This document shows, one piece after another, positions 1 to 14,195 of a DNA stretch of 64,000 bases. The translations under genes were made by a program, and so were the position numbers. Origin of the DNA: the human T2T-CHM13v2.0 reference genome, Homo sapiens; assembly GCF_009914755.1 (NCBI RefSeq), contig NC_060947.1. One strand, written 5' to 3'. The notes below the pieces were generated by a model. The model had not been told where the DNA came from, did no database searches, and saw only the letters and a list, made by a program, of their open reading frames with translations. Each line of letters starts with the position of its first letter. Positions within the stretch are counted from its first letter, which is position 1.

Positions 1-221
1 AAATAGATACCATCATGTTACAGTTGCCTACAGTATTCCCTACATCCACATGCTATATAGGTTTGTAGCCTAGGAGCCATAGGCAATACCATATAGCCTA
101 GGTGTGTAGTAGGCTATACTATCTAGGTTTATGTAAGTACAGTATACGATGTTCACATAATGACAAAATCACTTTATGATGCATTTCTTAGAATGTATCC
201 ACATTGTTAAGTGACACATGA
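1..221. mobile_element. Tigger3/MER7-like DNA transposon end
   Basis: tagcctaggtgtgtagtaggctatac and a terminal gcatttcttagaatgtatcc...gttaagtgacacatga resemble the Tigger3 terminus. Confidence 0.7.
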
Positions 222-622
222 ATACATAGTTGAAGATAGCAATTATGCCTTCAGCTTCTCTTGAGTACCTCTATCTTCCTCAATTAGTTTTTGGCATTCT
301 TTAGGAGCACAATACTGATCATAATTATTTCTCCATCTTTAGAAACTCCTTATTTACAAGAATCAGACTAACAGTCATAATTTCACTTCTTAAGAGATGA
401 GTCTCTGAACTTTGCCATGTCAAGTAATAAAAGATCATGGAATCTGGAGTCAGATGTTCAAGATTTGAACCCTGGGTCTGTCAATTATTAGCTTATTTAC
501 CTCTGAACCTCAGTTTTCCCTTAAATCTTCTATTGTATTTTTTCTTTTTATTTTGGGGGGAAAGAATATATTTCATCGTTTAGGAAATGTTGTGTGTTTG
601 TTAAAACCTAGTATATAGTTAC

Positions 623-977
623 TGTGGTAGGCAGAATAATGCCCCCACCAAAGATATATTCCTTCTAATCCTTGAAACTTGTGAATGTATTACGTGACAT
701 GGCAAAGGGGGATGAAGGCTGCAGATGGAATGAAGGTTGCTAAAAAGCCGACCTTAAGATAACAAGAACATCCTGGATTATCTGGGTGGGCCCAATGTAA
801 TCACAAGGGTCCTTAAAAGTGGACGAAGGTAGCAGGAGAGTTAGAGTTAGAGAAGGACATATAATGGTGGAAGCAAGGTCAGAGCGGTGCAATATGAGAA
901 GGGCTCAACTCACATTTGCTAGCTTTGAAGATTGAGGAAGTGTTACTAGCCAAGGAGTGTGGGTGGTCTCTAGAAGC
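623..977 (+). mobile_element. MLT1D-like MaLR LTR, 3'-truncated
   Basis: Starts tgtggtaggcagaataatg; contains ggattatctgggtgggcccaatgtaatcacaagggtcctt. Confidence 0.8.
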
Positions 978-1302
978 TTTCAGAGGTGCTAGAAGATAAT
1001 TCACTTTCTTGTCTTTCCAGCTTCTAGAGACCACACACACTCCTTGGCTCATGGCTCCTTCCTCCATCTTCAAAGCTAGCAAATATGAGTCGAGTCCTTC
1101 TCACATCACTCCACTCTTTCCTTGCATCCATTATCATATGTCCTTCCCTGACTCTGACTCTTTGCCTCCTTCATCCACTTTGAAGGACCCTTGTGATTAC
1201 ATTGGGCCCACTGCAATAATCCAGGATAATCTCCTTATTTTATGGTCAGGTTATCAGCAACCATAATTTCATCTATAACCTTGATCCCCCTTTGCCATGT
1301 AA
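978..1302 (-). mobile_element. MLT1D-like MaLR LTR fragment, inverted, abutting the previous copy
   Basis: aaggacccttgtgattacattgggccca...tccaggataatctcc is the reverse complement of the same LTR motifs. Confidence 0.8.
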
Positions 1303-2034
1303 CCAGAGGCTCCCCTGTGCCATCAAAATCCCAGTTCTCATACAGTCCATACATGAGTGATGCACTGCCAGCCACCCTCTGAATCCTCTCCAACCTCCAC
1401 TTCCTTGACTTCTGTCATTCCTGGTCCTGCTTCAGCATCCCTGGGTGAAACCCCCAGTTGTCTTCGTTGTATACTATGTTAGAAGGTGGTATGTGTTATG
1501 GAGGAAAGAAAAAAATAAGTCAGGGTGTGGGGAATTGGGAATGTTGGCAGGGGATGGTAGCAATGTTAAGTAGGGTGGACAGGGAAGGCCTCATGGAGAG
1601 GGGAGTATTGGAGTAAAGACATGGCATTTACTAATGGCGTGACATGATCATATCTGAAGATGGAAGCTGTAGCTCTGCTGGCTATATCTGTCATCCTCCA
1701 AGGGTTACATGAGGGCATAATAGAAGAAGGACTAGTAGAGAGGGAAGAGACATATGATTTGCAGATGAAGTGAGGTGTTTAGATGTCAAAGGCAGTACTA
1801 AAATGCCCCATTTGTGAATTACCTGGCACATTCTGCAGAGGGCAGGGTGATAGGCCCTTAGAAGCACTGTGCTAGGTTGGACAAGATGGAGGCTACAACA
1901 CAGACACAGACGTGGCAGTCTGCAGCCTATAGTGGTAGTGGAAGCCACGAGAGCAAACAAACTTAAAAGGAGACCCTGAGACCACTCACATTTCAGGGGC
2001 AGGTAGAAGAAAGGGAGCTGATGAAGTAACTTAT

Positions 2035-2190
2035 TATGAGCATTGTTTGTTGTTTGTCTCCCTATTAGCATAAAAGCAGGAATTTGTGTCTGTTTTGTTC
2101 TCTGGTATATTCCCAGCACCTAGAAGAGTGCCTGGCACAGAACATAGTGAGCCCTCAGTAGTTATTTGCTGCATGAATAAGTGAATAAAG
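2035..2190 (+). mobile_element. L2 3' end
   Basis: cccagcacctagaagagtgcctggcaca...tgaataagtgaat, typical of the L2 tail. Confidence 0.7.
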
Positions 2191-2559
2191 CAATAACAGA
2201 ACAGTGATTTATGAGGCATATGAAAATTAGAAAGATAAAAAAAGACGAGGACGCAGTGAAGGCCAGAGTACAGGCTTCAAAATTCCATCCATATATAATG
2301 TCACAGGCCCTAATGTAGGGCACTGCCAGTGGTTATGCAAAATGGAATTACAATCAGAGGACCTGGAAAGGGCGCAGCTTATATAATAGATGGATAATTT
2401 AATATCAGAATTACTACGCTATATTATTAAAACCTGAAAGTTGTTTGCTTAGTTAAGTCCCAGATGATAAGTGACAGGTAGACAAAAGCTGCATAAAATA
2501 AGCCCTTCTAAACGGTTGCTTATTTCTTCTTGGATGGGGTTCTCAGAGTGTATTAATAA

Positions 2560-2960
2560 TTTTTTTAATGTTCTGATGCTTTGATATCTTGAGCTTTTGC
2601 AGATCCAGGGAAGGACTACCCCTCCCAAGGGTGGCTAATTCCTAGCAATAGCAAACAACATACCACAAGCCAACCAAGCCCAAGCTCATATTCCCCTTTG
2701 CCTTATTCTATTAAGCTCCTGTTATCTGGGACACCATCTCCCTCCCCTAAAACACCCCAGGGCCAAGTACCAAGCAACCCTACAGCCTAGACTTTGCCAA
2801 CATTATTCAAACTATTCAATCCTAAAACTGCTTAGCTTGCTTACCCTGACTTGCCCATTATTTTTTTCCCCATGGAAACCAAAATAAAGGCTCTGGTCCA
2901 TGTGTTCTCCTCACTCCTTCTGCCTCCTGACTGACCCTGGTGATTTCTCATGCGGCCCTG
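2560..2960 (+). mobile_element. ERV1-class LTR (MER39/MER34-like)
   Basis: cccctcccaagggtggctaattcctagcaatagcaaac plus an internal aataaaggctct poly(A) signal; subfamily uncertain. Confidence 0.5.
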
Positions 2961-3374
2961 CAGCCTTCTCTTTTCTTTTTTTAAAGATTCTAGATATGCT
3001 TAAGATAATTTGATCTACTAAATAAACTTACCAGATTCGCAGACATGGTAAGGAGGATTTTACTTGTTAGATTTGTGAGTTTGCCTTTGTAAAAGTGAGA
3101 GAATCAAATATATTAAACCTGTAAATGCAGTTTGAAATAGCTAAGGTCATTTGATTACTTAAAGATGAAACTGGTGCTAAATACTTAGAAGGATTTAATC
3201 TGTAAAATTAATGAAACATTAATTAATTAAACATTAATCAAATAACCAATTAAAATGACTGTTCTTTTTCTTATATAAAAATACTAAGTTTATAAATATA
3301 ACCTAAAAGATGGGCTTAAAAGCTTAAGAAAGCATAGGTTTTTATAGTTCTTATTTTAAAAATTAAATAGTAGG

Positions 3375-4970
<1,596 letters not shown>

Positions 4971-7900
4971 GGCAAGGCAAGTCAGACCCTGCCTGCTTTC
5001 CCATGTCATATTTATGCTCCTCCATCCCCTGCCCAGCTTCTCACTTCCCAGTCTGTGTGGCTGCCAGCTGGATGCCAGCTCCTCCACCTCCCTTATGTGT
5101 TTGGCACCATCCAAACCCTCTTCTTCACCTGGCTCTCTTTTGCTCGTCCTTCAAGTCTCAGCCTGAATGTCTCTTCTTTGGAAACCCCATGTTCCAACTA
5201 AATTCGTCCCCTTTCCCTGAAAAAAAACTCTCACAGCATCCTATAGTTTTCAGGTTGAATCCACACTGAAATTCTGATCCATATACTTACTGCCTTTGGG
5301 CACTGCTAGACTCTCGGTTGCAGCTTTTAGGGCAGGAACAACCTCACCTGAGTGGTAATTTACCGTTCAACCAGGTCATTGATGGGAGTTTTCTGAAACA
5401 GCAAGCAAGTCTCTTGTGATTTTCTGAAATTCAGGAGGAAGACCACAAGTCACATCGCAGACCCCCAGGACTAATTTCCAATGACTGACATTCAAGCCAA
5501 AAGAATACAATCCCTCTCCACCTCATATGACCACACCTCTCAACGCAGTGCCCTCTCCACCCAGCTCTGTATCAGGGTGCAACTCTTTGGCCAAATTTCT
5601 TCATCTATGCAAGATTTCTGAAGATTAGCAGGACTGTAATGTTTTAAACAAATGGAACCAGAGCAATTGGATAAAATTTAAAAAAAGAACTTCGACCTCT
5701 ACACCATTGACAAAAATTTATTCAGAATAGATCATAAACCTGAATATAAAGCCTGGAGCTATAAGATTCCAGAAGAAGACATAGGAGGACATCTTCATAA
5801 CTTTGGATCAGACAAAATTTCCTACACAGGACACAAAAAGTCCTAACCATAAAGGTTTTGGTTATTTATTCAAAAAGGTCATTTACTCTGCCACACACGT
5901 CAAGCTGGTGTCTCCTATATGATATATTTGCTGTGCTGATACTTAAAATTTGATTTGTGATATAGCCTCTTTCAGTTTTGAAAATCCTAAATCTTAAACA
6001 GTTCATATTTATTAACATCACCAGTAATGTATCCTAGTGGATCCTGGATCAGAGGGAAAAATATTGTTACAAGTTCATCAATGAGACAATTGCTGAAATT
6101 TTAGTATCATTTTACCCTGGTTATGTAAGAGAATGTCCTTGTTCTTAGGAAATGCAAGATGAAATATCGAGGAATAAAGGGATATTATAATGCTGTTTAC
6201 TGTCAAATAGTAACATATATATAACATACATGTATTATATATATAGTGGGAATATGTGCTTGCATATACATATATTTATATATAAATAATGCTGTTTACT
6301 GTCAAATAGTAACACACATATATAAAACAAGGGGATATTATAATGCTGCTTACTGTCAAATAGTAATTATATATATATATAGAGAGAGAGAGAGACAAAG
6401 GAAGAAAATACTGCAAAATATTAACAATTGAGGAACCTAGGTGAACAGCATATGGGTGTCCTTTTACATTTTTGCAACTCTTCTGTAAGTCAGATTTTTT
6501 TTAATTTTTAAAAACTGAAAAATTCCATTGGAATTGAATTGAAATCTATCTCCTCAAGATTTCCATCCCTTTGAATCTAATTCCACCCCGACATGAACTT
6601 TCTGGAAAAAATATTTTTTTCCACTATAATAGAAATCCAGACATTATAATAATGGCACCATGATCCTCCCAAACCTTTTTCTTGTTCAGTGTTCTGGATG
6701 GGAACTTCACCTCCATCCTGACTTTTGCCCCCTTCTTGCTCCTGAGTCGTTCTTCTAATCAGAGTGGAGATACATATACATGCAAGCACACATTCCCATA
6801 AGCACCATGTATCTATATTAGGTGTGACATCTGACTTTGGAAACCTATGTCAGCTCCCACATGTGCAGAGCCATCCATGTGAATGGACAAGAAGTTATTT
6901 TCCTTCCTGCAGAGAAAACGTCATCAATGTCCAGGGCTTCTCAATGCATAAGAAAAATTGGATAGCAAAGCATTGTCTCTTTTGGCAGGACTCTGAGACT
7001 GATGGAGTCTCAGGAACTCACAACGTGTGGAAAAGAAAAAGAAAGAAGACATAAAAGCCTGTTGTAGAAATGTTGCTATAGTGTGATGTGCTCTTCCCCA
7101 TCCCTCTTTTCAGAGCAAGAAAAAAATGAATGATGCTAGAATTTTACCAGTTCTTTCTTAATTGAATGAATGAGGCTTTCCTGAAGAAAATTGTTCCACA
7201 AAATGAATGGCTCCAACGCACAATCCAGCAACATAATCAGACATTATGAACCAAGATTGCCACAAGCTCCAGTCAATACACAAAGACACAAGATAAATCT
7301 GAATCCAGAGGATGTATATTCGTGTTTAAAGTATTGACTGATGGCATGGATTGCATGAGACCTGCCCAGAATAACTTGGTACATTTAGCATCACCAAAAC
7401 TTTGCTGTGGCAACCAATGCCCCAGAAATTTATTCTTGTCAAGATGCCTCCAAATCTGTGAATGGGTTTCCCTGACTGGGCACAGGATGTTTGAAATATA
7501 GCTAGACTCTTGAGGTCTCATCCACCTCTTTGATTTCAAGTTTAAAAGAGTACTTGCAGATTTTGTGTTATAGTAGACCATTAGCACCATCTAAAGGCTT
7601 CATACCAAATGTCTTGACTGTCAATGTGCATGTTGCTCAAAATGCTTTTTGCTCTGATGATATAATTATTTGGGAGACTGATACTCTGAAAACTTTTGCC
7701 TACCTGGAATGACACAGTAGGCCCCTACTGTATACTATGTGTCTGTGACTTAGGTTGTATTCCTGGAGAAGTGCATGTTGTCTGTAGCGCTTGCCTGTTT
7801 GAAAGAGGTAAAAGCGTAGTCCATGTGTATCAGAAGCTGTGTTGGCCTAAATTCACTCTGAAATTGAGCCTTATCTAAACTTGGCCATGAGTGCAGGAGT

Positions 7901-8666
7901 CAGGGGGGCAGGGTTGGGAAGAAGAATGGGGCAGACATCCAATAATAACCATTAGCTTGGGCCTGAGCGATTGAGGCTCCAGTCCTGCATTACTGTGTCC
8001 TAGGTTTGTGACTTTAACCTCTTTGAGCCTTTCATTTCTAAAGCAAGGCCATTATCTCTAGGGGCCCCACCAATTCTGCCATCAGTGTGGCCCTGGGTTT
8101 TGGGAAGATTATATAGATGGCCCGGTCCCTTACCTCTCTTTCATATCATTGCGGGGAGCAAAATAAAATGACCCAGGCAAGTCTTTGTTATACAATTCTT
8201 AAGCTCAGCCAACTTTCACTGAAATTATTTGGACTCAAGGCCAAGAGAAGTCTGACTTAAAATTTCCTCGGGAAGTTTTAATTTTATAGGGGCCCCGGTG
8301 TTTCGTTGGAGTCCCCAGAGTCCCTGGAAGCTCATGTGCTCCCAAAGACGTTTTAGAAATACACGCTGGTTTTATAAAAGACTTGGGTGGCATGTGGTTT
8401 TTAGAAGAAATTTACCTTTGATCCTGACCAGGTACTTTGATGTAGTCATCCAATGGGAAAGTGCCTTGTATAAGGGTCAAACCCAGGTAGGTGTGAGGAG
8501 GGAGGGTGGATGAAACAACAAGGAATCTTAAGCTTAGTAGACACAGAGATCTGTGGTCGAAGTTTACCCCTGTCCTTTACTGGCTGTGAGACTTGGGGAA
8601 AATCATACAACTTCTCTAGGCTTTGGTTTCCTTGTCTGTAAGATGTGGTTAACTAAAAAGATTTTA

Positions 8667-8958
8667 GGCTCAGCGGTGATTCAGGCCTGTAATCCTAGCA
8701 CTTTGGGAGGTTGAGGCAGGAGGATCACTTGAGGCCAGGAGTTCAAGACCAGGCCGGGCAACATAGCGAGACTTTGTCTCTACAAAATTTAAAAAATAGC
8801 TGGGCATGGTGGTGTAGGCCTGTAGTCCCAGCTACTTGGGTGGTTGGGGAAGGAGGACCTCTTGAGCCCAGGAGTTTGAGGCCGCAGTGAGCTATGATTG
8901 CAACGTTGCATTCCAGCATGGGAAACAGAGTGAGACTGTCTACACATAAATAAATAAA
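8667..8958 (+). mobile_element. AluJ, inserted in a MIR
   Basis: Dimeric Alu with J-type ggaggatcacttgaggccaggagttcaag and (taaa)n tail. Confidence 0.9.
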
Positions 8959-10329
8959 TCTTTAAAAAATTGTTGAGAAGATTAAATTAGTGTATCTATC
9001 CTGTCTAGCACCATCCTTGATACAAAGTAAAGATTCTATGAGGGATGTCATTGACTTCTTATCTTAAAAGCAGACACTCCTGTTTAAGGCAACACACTGC
9101 ACAAAGAAAGGCTGAAGGCTCTCGCTTATGAAAACAGGCCCCAGCAATAGATTGCGAGTCTAGATTCAACAAACTCTTGCCAGTTTCCTCTGACTCACAG
9201 CCTGGGGCCTTGCCTTTGTCTTTCAAAATGTCCTCTCTGCCCACTGTTTCTGAGTATCTGCCATGGCTCTGCATTTCCCCTGCATGATCCTGCTTCTCTG
9301 CTTTCAGCACAGGTGGCTTTTGCTATCAGGGTATTTGAAGTTTTCCTTTGATGGCCCTGCAACTAAGCAACTTAATTATGGATGAGCACTCTGACTAAAT
9401 GCTTGTATCTCTCTTTCTTTTTTAGTCAAATACCCCTGGCATATATCCAGGGCTTCAATGCACAAAAGCAAAGGGAAAGCTGACCCACCCACCACTGAAC
9501 AACCCCCAATCCCTTCCCATCCATCTGCTGCTTGGAGCCTTTGTTAGAAGGGAAGAGGGAGGAAGAGTGAGCTAGGAGGAAATGAAAAGGAAAAATGAGA
9601 CACATTTCCATAAAATATGGAATTTAATATTTTAAATTCTCAAGATGAATGATGCATTATCAGCAATGCTACTGTATGTAAAATAATAGAGCTAACTATG
9701 TTCTGATATTGGTCAAACCAGTATTTTAATGAGATTACTAGACTACTCCCATTTTTAATCACATATATAAAACATCACCCAGGCACAACCCTTGAAAAGA
9801 AGAAAAGGCAAAACAGAGAAACCCAAAAAGTAAGATATAAGATTTCTTACTGGTGAAAATAAAACGGGAACAGATTTTTCTAAAGTACCTTTACCTTGAG
9901 TACAGAGAAATATTAGAGGAGGGAAGCATGTGCTTGTGTGTGTGTGTATGTAGAAAGAATATTCATAGTACCAGAAGAGATATTCACAATCTAGCCTAAG
10001 AAACTGAGAAGTAGAAAGCGTAAGTGGTTCACTTGGAATCATGTGTTTGGTTATTGGTGGAACCAAAGGTGCATTCAGATTTCCTGACTCTGAGGGGGAT
10101 TGCTGGGCAGAGCCATGTTGGCAATAAAGTCTCTGAAATGTCCAAGTAACTGTTGCTTGCTAAGTGCTAAGCTGGTTCATTCAGTTTGCAGTCCCATCCT
10201 CTTTGCTCTTGTTCTTAGACTTGCTCACCCCATTGGCCTTTTGTTCCCGGTGATTTCAGTATGCCCATGAAATCTCAGAAAGAAGCTATAGTTCCAATTG
10301 ATATGCCCTGTAAGCATAAAATACACACC

Positions 10330-10552
10330 AGTCTTGAAAGACTTGGTATAAACAAGAATGTAAAATGTCTCATTAATAATTTTTCATATTGATTACATGT
10401 TGAAATGATCACTTTTGGGACATAGTGTATTAAGTAAAATATGCTAACACTAATTTCATCTGTTTCTCTTTATTTTTTAAAATGTGGCTAAAAGGAAATG
10501 TTAAATGATATGTATATATAGTTCATATTATATTCCTATTAGGCAGCACTGA
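10330..10552. mobile_element. MER33-like hAT-Charlie DNA transposon
   Basis: aatgtaaaatgtctcattaataatttttcatattgattacatgttgaaatgat...ctattaggcagcactg. Confidence 0.7.
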
Positions 10553-11234
10553 CTTATGTAATATAAAATTGTAATTTTTCCCATTTTAATTTGATATTCT
10601 ACCCTTTATTCAAATTTAAGACTTGCTACGAAATTTCTGGCTGTGGATGAATGACTGCTGTTTTGGAAAAATGGGAATTAGTGTAAGAAACAAATGATTA
10701 AGATATATTAAACTGTGCTAATTAATAATTGTGCTGTTTTTACAAAATGTAGAAATTACACCAATCAATAGTTGTATTATTTTGAAAAAATAGAAACTAA
10801 TGTAAGCAATCAATGATTTAAATGTATTAACTTGTACTATATATTTAAATCCTCCCCTTCTTGGGGTGGAACATACAGTCCCTGACACTCTGGTGTTCTT
10901 AAATTTAAAATTGACCAAAAAGTTTACCTTCGTGTGGTTCTTCCATCAGACTACTACCAGAACATACTTCAGAATGGGCTAACTCACATGTTAAAGAGGA
11001 ATCGTTAAAGCTGAGGTTGGGGGAGGGGGGGGCGGTGCACAGTATTTTCGAGAATAATTGGATGATGAGAGGAAGAGAAGGTCATACATTTACTTAAGAG
11101 TGAAATAACTTCCTGAGAAAAATGTTCAGAAACTCGCACATTTCATTGCTTTAGTTGTTCTAATCTAAGCCTGATTCAGACGTGTAGTTGGGCACATGAA
11201 ATAATCTCATAGGTGTTTTCTGCCACTACTATGA

Positions 11235-11549
<315 letters not shown>

Positions 11550-11814
11550 TAATTCGAAGGAAGAACGCAAGCTAAAAATTAAGCTATAAAATAGCAACCA
11601 GCTCTAATTTTTTTCTATTAATTTAGTGCTATAACCTTAGAAAATGAAAACTTTTTACTGTAGAGTAATATAACAAGAAATGTCAAGAATGCATAATTTT
11701 TGCTGGAAAAAAAATGGTGGGGGGGGACAGTCAGAATAACATTCACCTTAGGCAAAGCTGTATTTGACAAGTTACAACTTGTTCAAACTATGACTCCATA
11801 ATGACAATGGCAAC

Positions 11815-12070
11815 TAATACTCATGAGTGCTTACCAGGTTCCAGGCATGGCTCTATTTCTCTATTTCTCATCATATGTTAACTCATTTAATCTTCAAAAT
11901 GGTACCATGAAGTACAGTATATACATATTGTCCTTTTCCTTGACTTACAGATGTGGAATCTGAGGCACACAGAGGCTAAATAACTTGCGCAAACTCACAT
12001 GGTTAATAAACAGCAGAGCAGGAACCTGTAAACTCTGGCAATCTAGCCCCAGAGTTCATGCTCTTTACAA
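11815..12070. mobile_element. MIR
   Basis: Core acagatgtggaatctgaggcacacagaggctaaataacttgcgcaa. Confidence 0.75.
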
Positions 12071-12932
12071 TGAAGACAAGTATAAATTGGCAAGTAATAG
12101 TGGACAAAGAGTCAGAGAAATTCACAATGTGTTGGTTTCAACAACAGTAAAGAACAGTTTTGGGTGGTCCATGGAAAACTGTCATGCAAGAAAAATCACA
12201 AACAATATTGGCCAGCGGTGTGAACATCATTTGGGAAGTCAGGAGACAGAGGATCAAAAACCTCTATAAAGTGAGAGAGTTGGACTATATGCCTTCCACG
12301 TTCCTTCTCAAACTAGCAATTTTGTTAGTGCTGTGGTTTCTTGTGGCTTCTTCCAACAATGGTTACCTAAAGAGTTATGAATTGCAAACGGAGTTGTGAA
12401 ACCTAATAAGGGAAAGAGAAGGAGACTGTCCCAATGCAAAAGGGGAAATAATTTGATATATTAGGATTATGGGGGAAAAAAAAAAAACCACACTGCTAGA
12501 GCAGACCAAAGATTGAAGAGAACACATTGTTAAGAATTTAATGATTGAAGAGAACACATTGTTAAGAATTTAGCTATTTAAAACCACAGCAGGGTTTATA
12601 ATGTCAGATCTTACAAGGATAGAACTTGCCTCTCTTAAAATTTATTTCCAGAGCATGTATGGATGCACAGATACTTTATCTACACTTTGTGATGATGATG
12701 GCAGTATTAGTGTTGGTGATCATTTTGAAGATAATGAAGAACTCTGGGATATTTTCAAAAAGCCAAAGTGATTGAGAACCATAAGCACTTATTCATACCA
12801 TCTGTAAAGTGCGGGTAATATTAACCTCAAGGGCTTTGGGGAAGATTAAATGAGAGAAAGCAGGGAAAAAGCTAAACACAGTGTCTGCTCCATTATATGC
12901 TATTATTCAAGGGTAGCAATGATGATAGAGGG

Positions 12933-13093
12933 TTTTTTTTGTTTTTTGTTTTTTTGTTTTGCTTTGTTTTGTTTTGTTTTGCTTTGTTTTGAGGCTCGCT
13001 ATTTTGCCCAGACTGGCCTTGAACTCTTGGGCTCAGGCTATCCTCCCATCTCAGCCTCCCAGGTAGCTGGGACTGCAGCACCAGACCCAGCCT
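12933..13093 (-). mobile_element. FLAM-like Alu monomer with long (ttttg)n tail
   Basis: Single monomer gaactcttgggctcaggctatcctcccatctcagcctcc. Confidence 0.8.
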
Positions 13094-13872
13094 CTGATAG
13101 AGTTTTAAATTCACAAGCATGGCTTTGTTTCACATACAATTTTTGAACATATTTATTTTCTTCAGAAATTCATATTAGAATAGGTTGTAAAGGTCTGTTG
13201 GGTCAGACCCTGTATACTTTATGTCAACAAGCTCCTCACATTCTGGGATCATAGTTTGCTAATGACAATTGGCAGATACCTACACAAGATGGTTTGGTGG
13301 TCCTTTTCTTTGTCCACATGCTTTAGAAAAAAGAAAAAGACGGTTTTTGGAATAACAAAGAAGACATAGACTTTGAGGTCAGAAAGTGACCTCAGGTTTC
13401 TTTTCTGTGAAACTTTTGTAATAATTAACTTATTCCATAAAGATATAGAATCTTTTGAGAACCAAGTGAGATACTATCTGTGGAAGTGCGATACAAATGC
13501 TAATGTTATTATTAAAAGTCATATCGCCTTATGTTAAAATGGTTGCTTTCAAACTAAGAACACCAGATTGTCTCTTTGTAGGTTACCTCTATATGTCATT
13601 AGCGCACTTATTATAGTCATCTCTCACTCTCTCAGTCTGTGCACATATTAAAAGCAAGGATAGGACTTTTTGATCTCAGTATCTCCAGCATTTAGTATTC
13701 TAGCTGACACATAGGAGGCACTGTCACATATTCTTAAACCATGCATTTAAGGAAGCAAAAACATTGATTTGAACCTTTAAATATTATGAGCCACACAATG
13801 AGACTAGATGGCTTAGATCCAAAATGAATGAATTTCTTTCTTTTTACAGATCCATAAATATATAAAATTTAC

Positions 13873-14195
13873 TGTTGCAGGCTTGGTTCTCAAGAGTCAC
13901 ATACTGAGTTAAAGTTTGTGGTGCAGGATATTTATTAGGGATCAGCATCCATAGAAGACAAGTGGGGAAGCAAGCTTAGGTAGAAAGAGGAGTGCTCATT
14001 AGAGTTGTCCTTCACTGGGCCAAGATAGCCAGGCCTTTATACCCTGGCCTTCGTCAATCACTGGATATGAGCCATTCTGGAAGAGCATGTCCTTGGGCAA
14101 GGTGACTCCTTGCAGCTGAGGCCGTTCCTGAAGGGGTTGACAGCTGAGGCAACCCCTTTTTAAGGGGGATCTGGCTGGTGCATCTCTATGTTTGC
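13873..14195 (-). mobile_element. LTR16-like ERVL LTR
   Basis: tgttgcaggcttggttctc...gtgcaggatatttattaggga resembles the LTR16 end. Confidence 0.55.
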
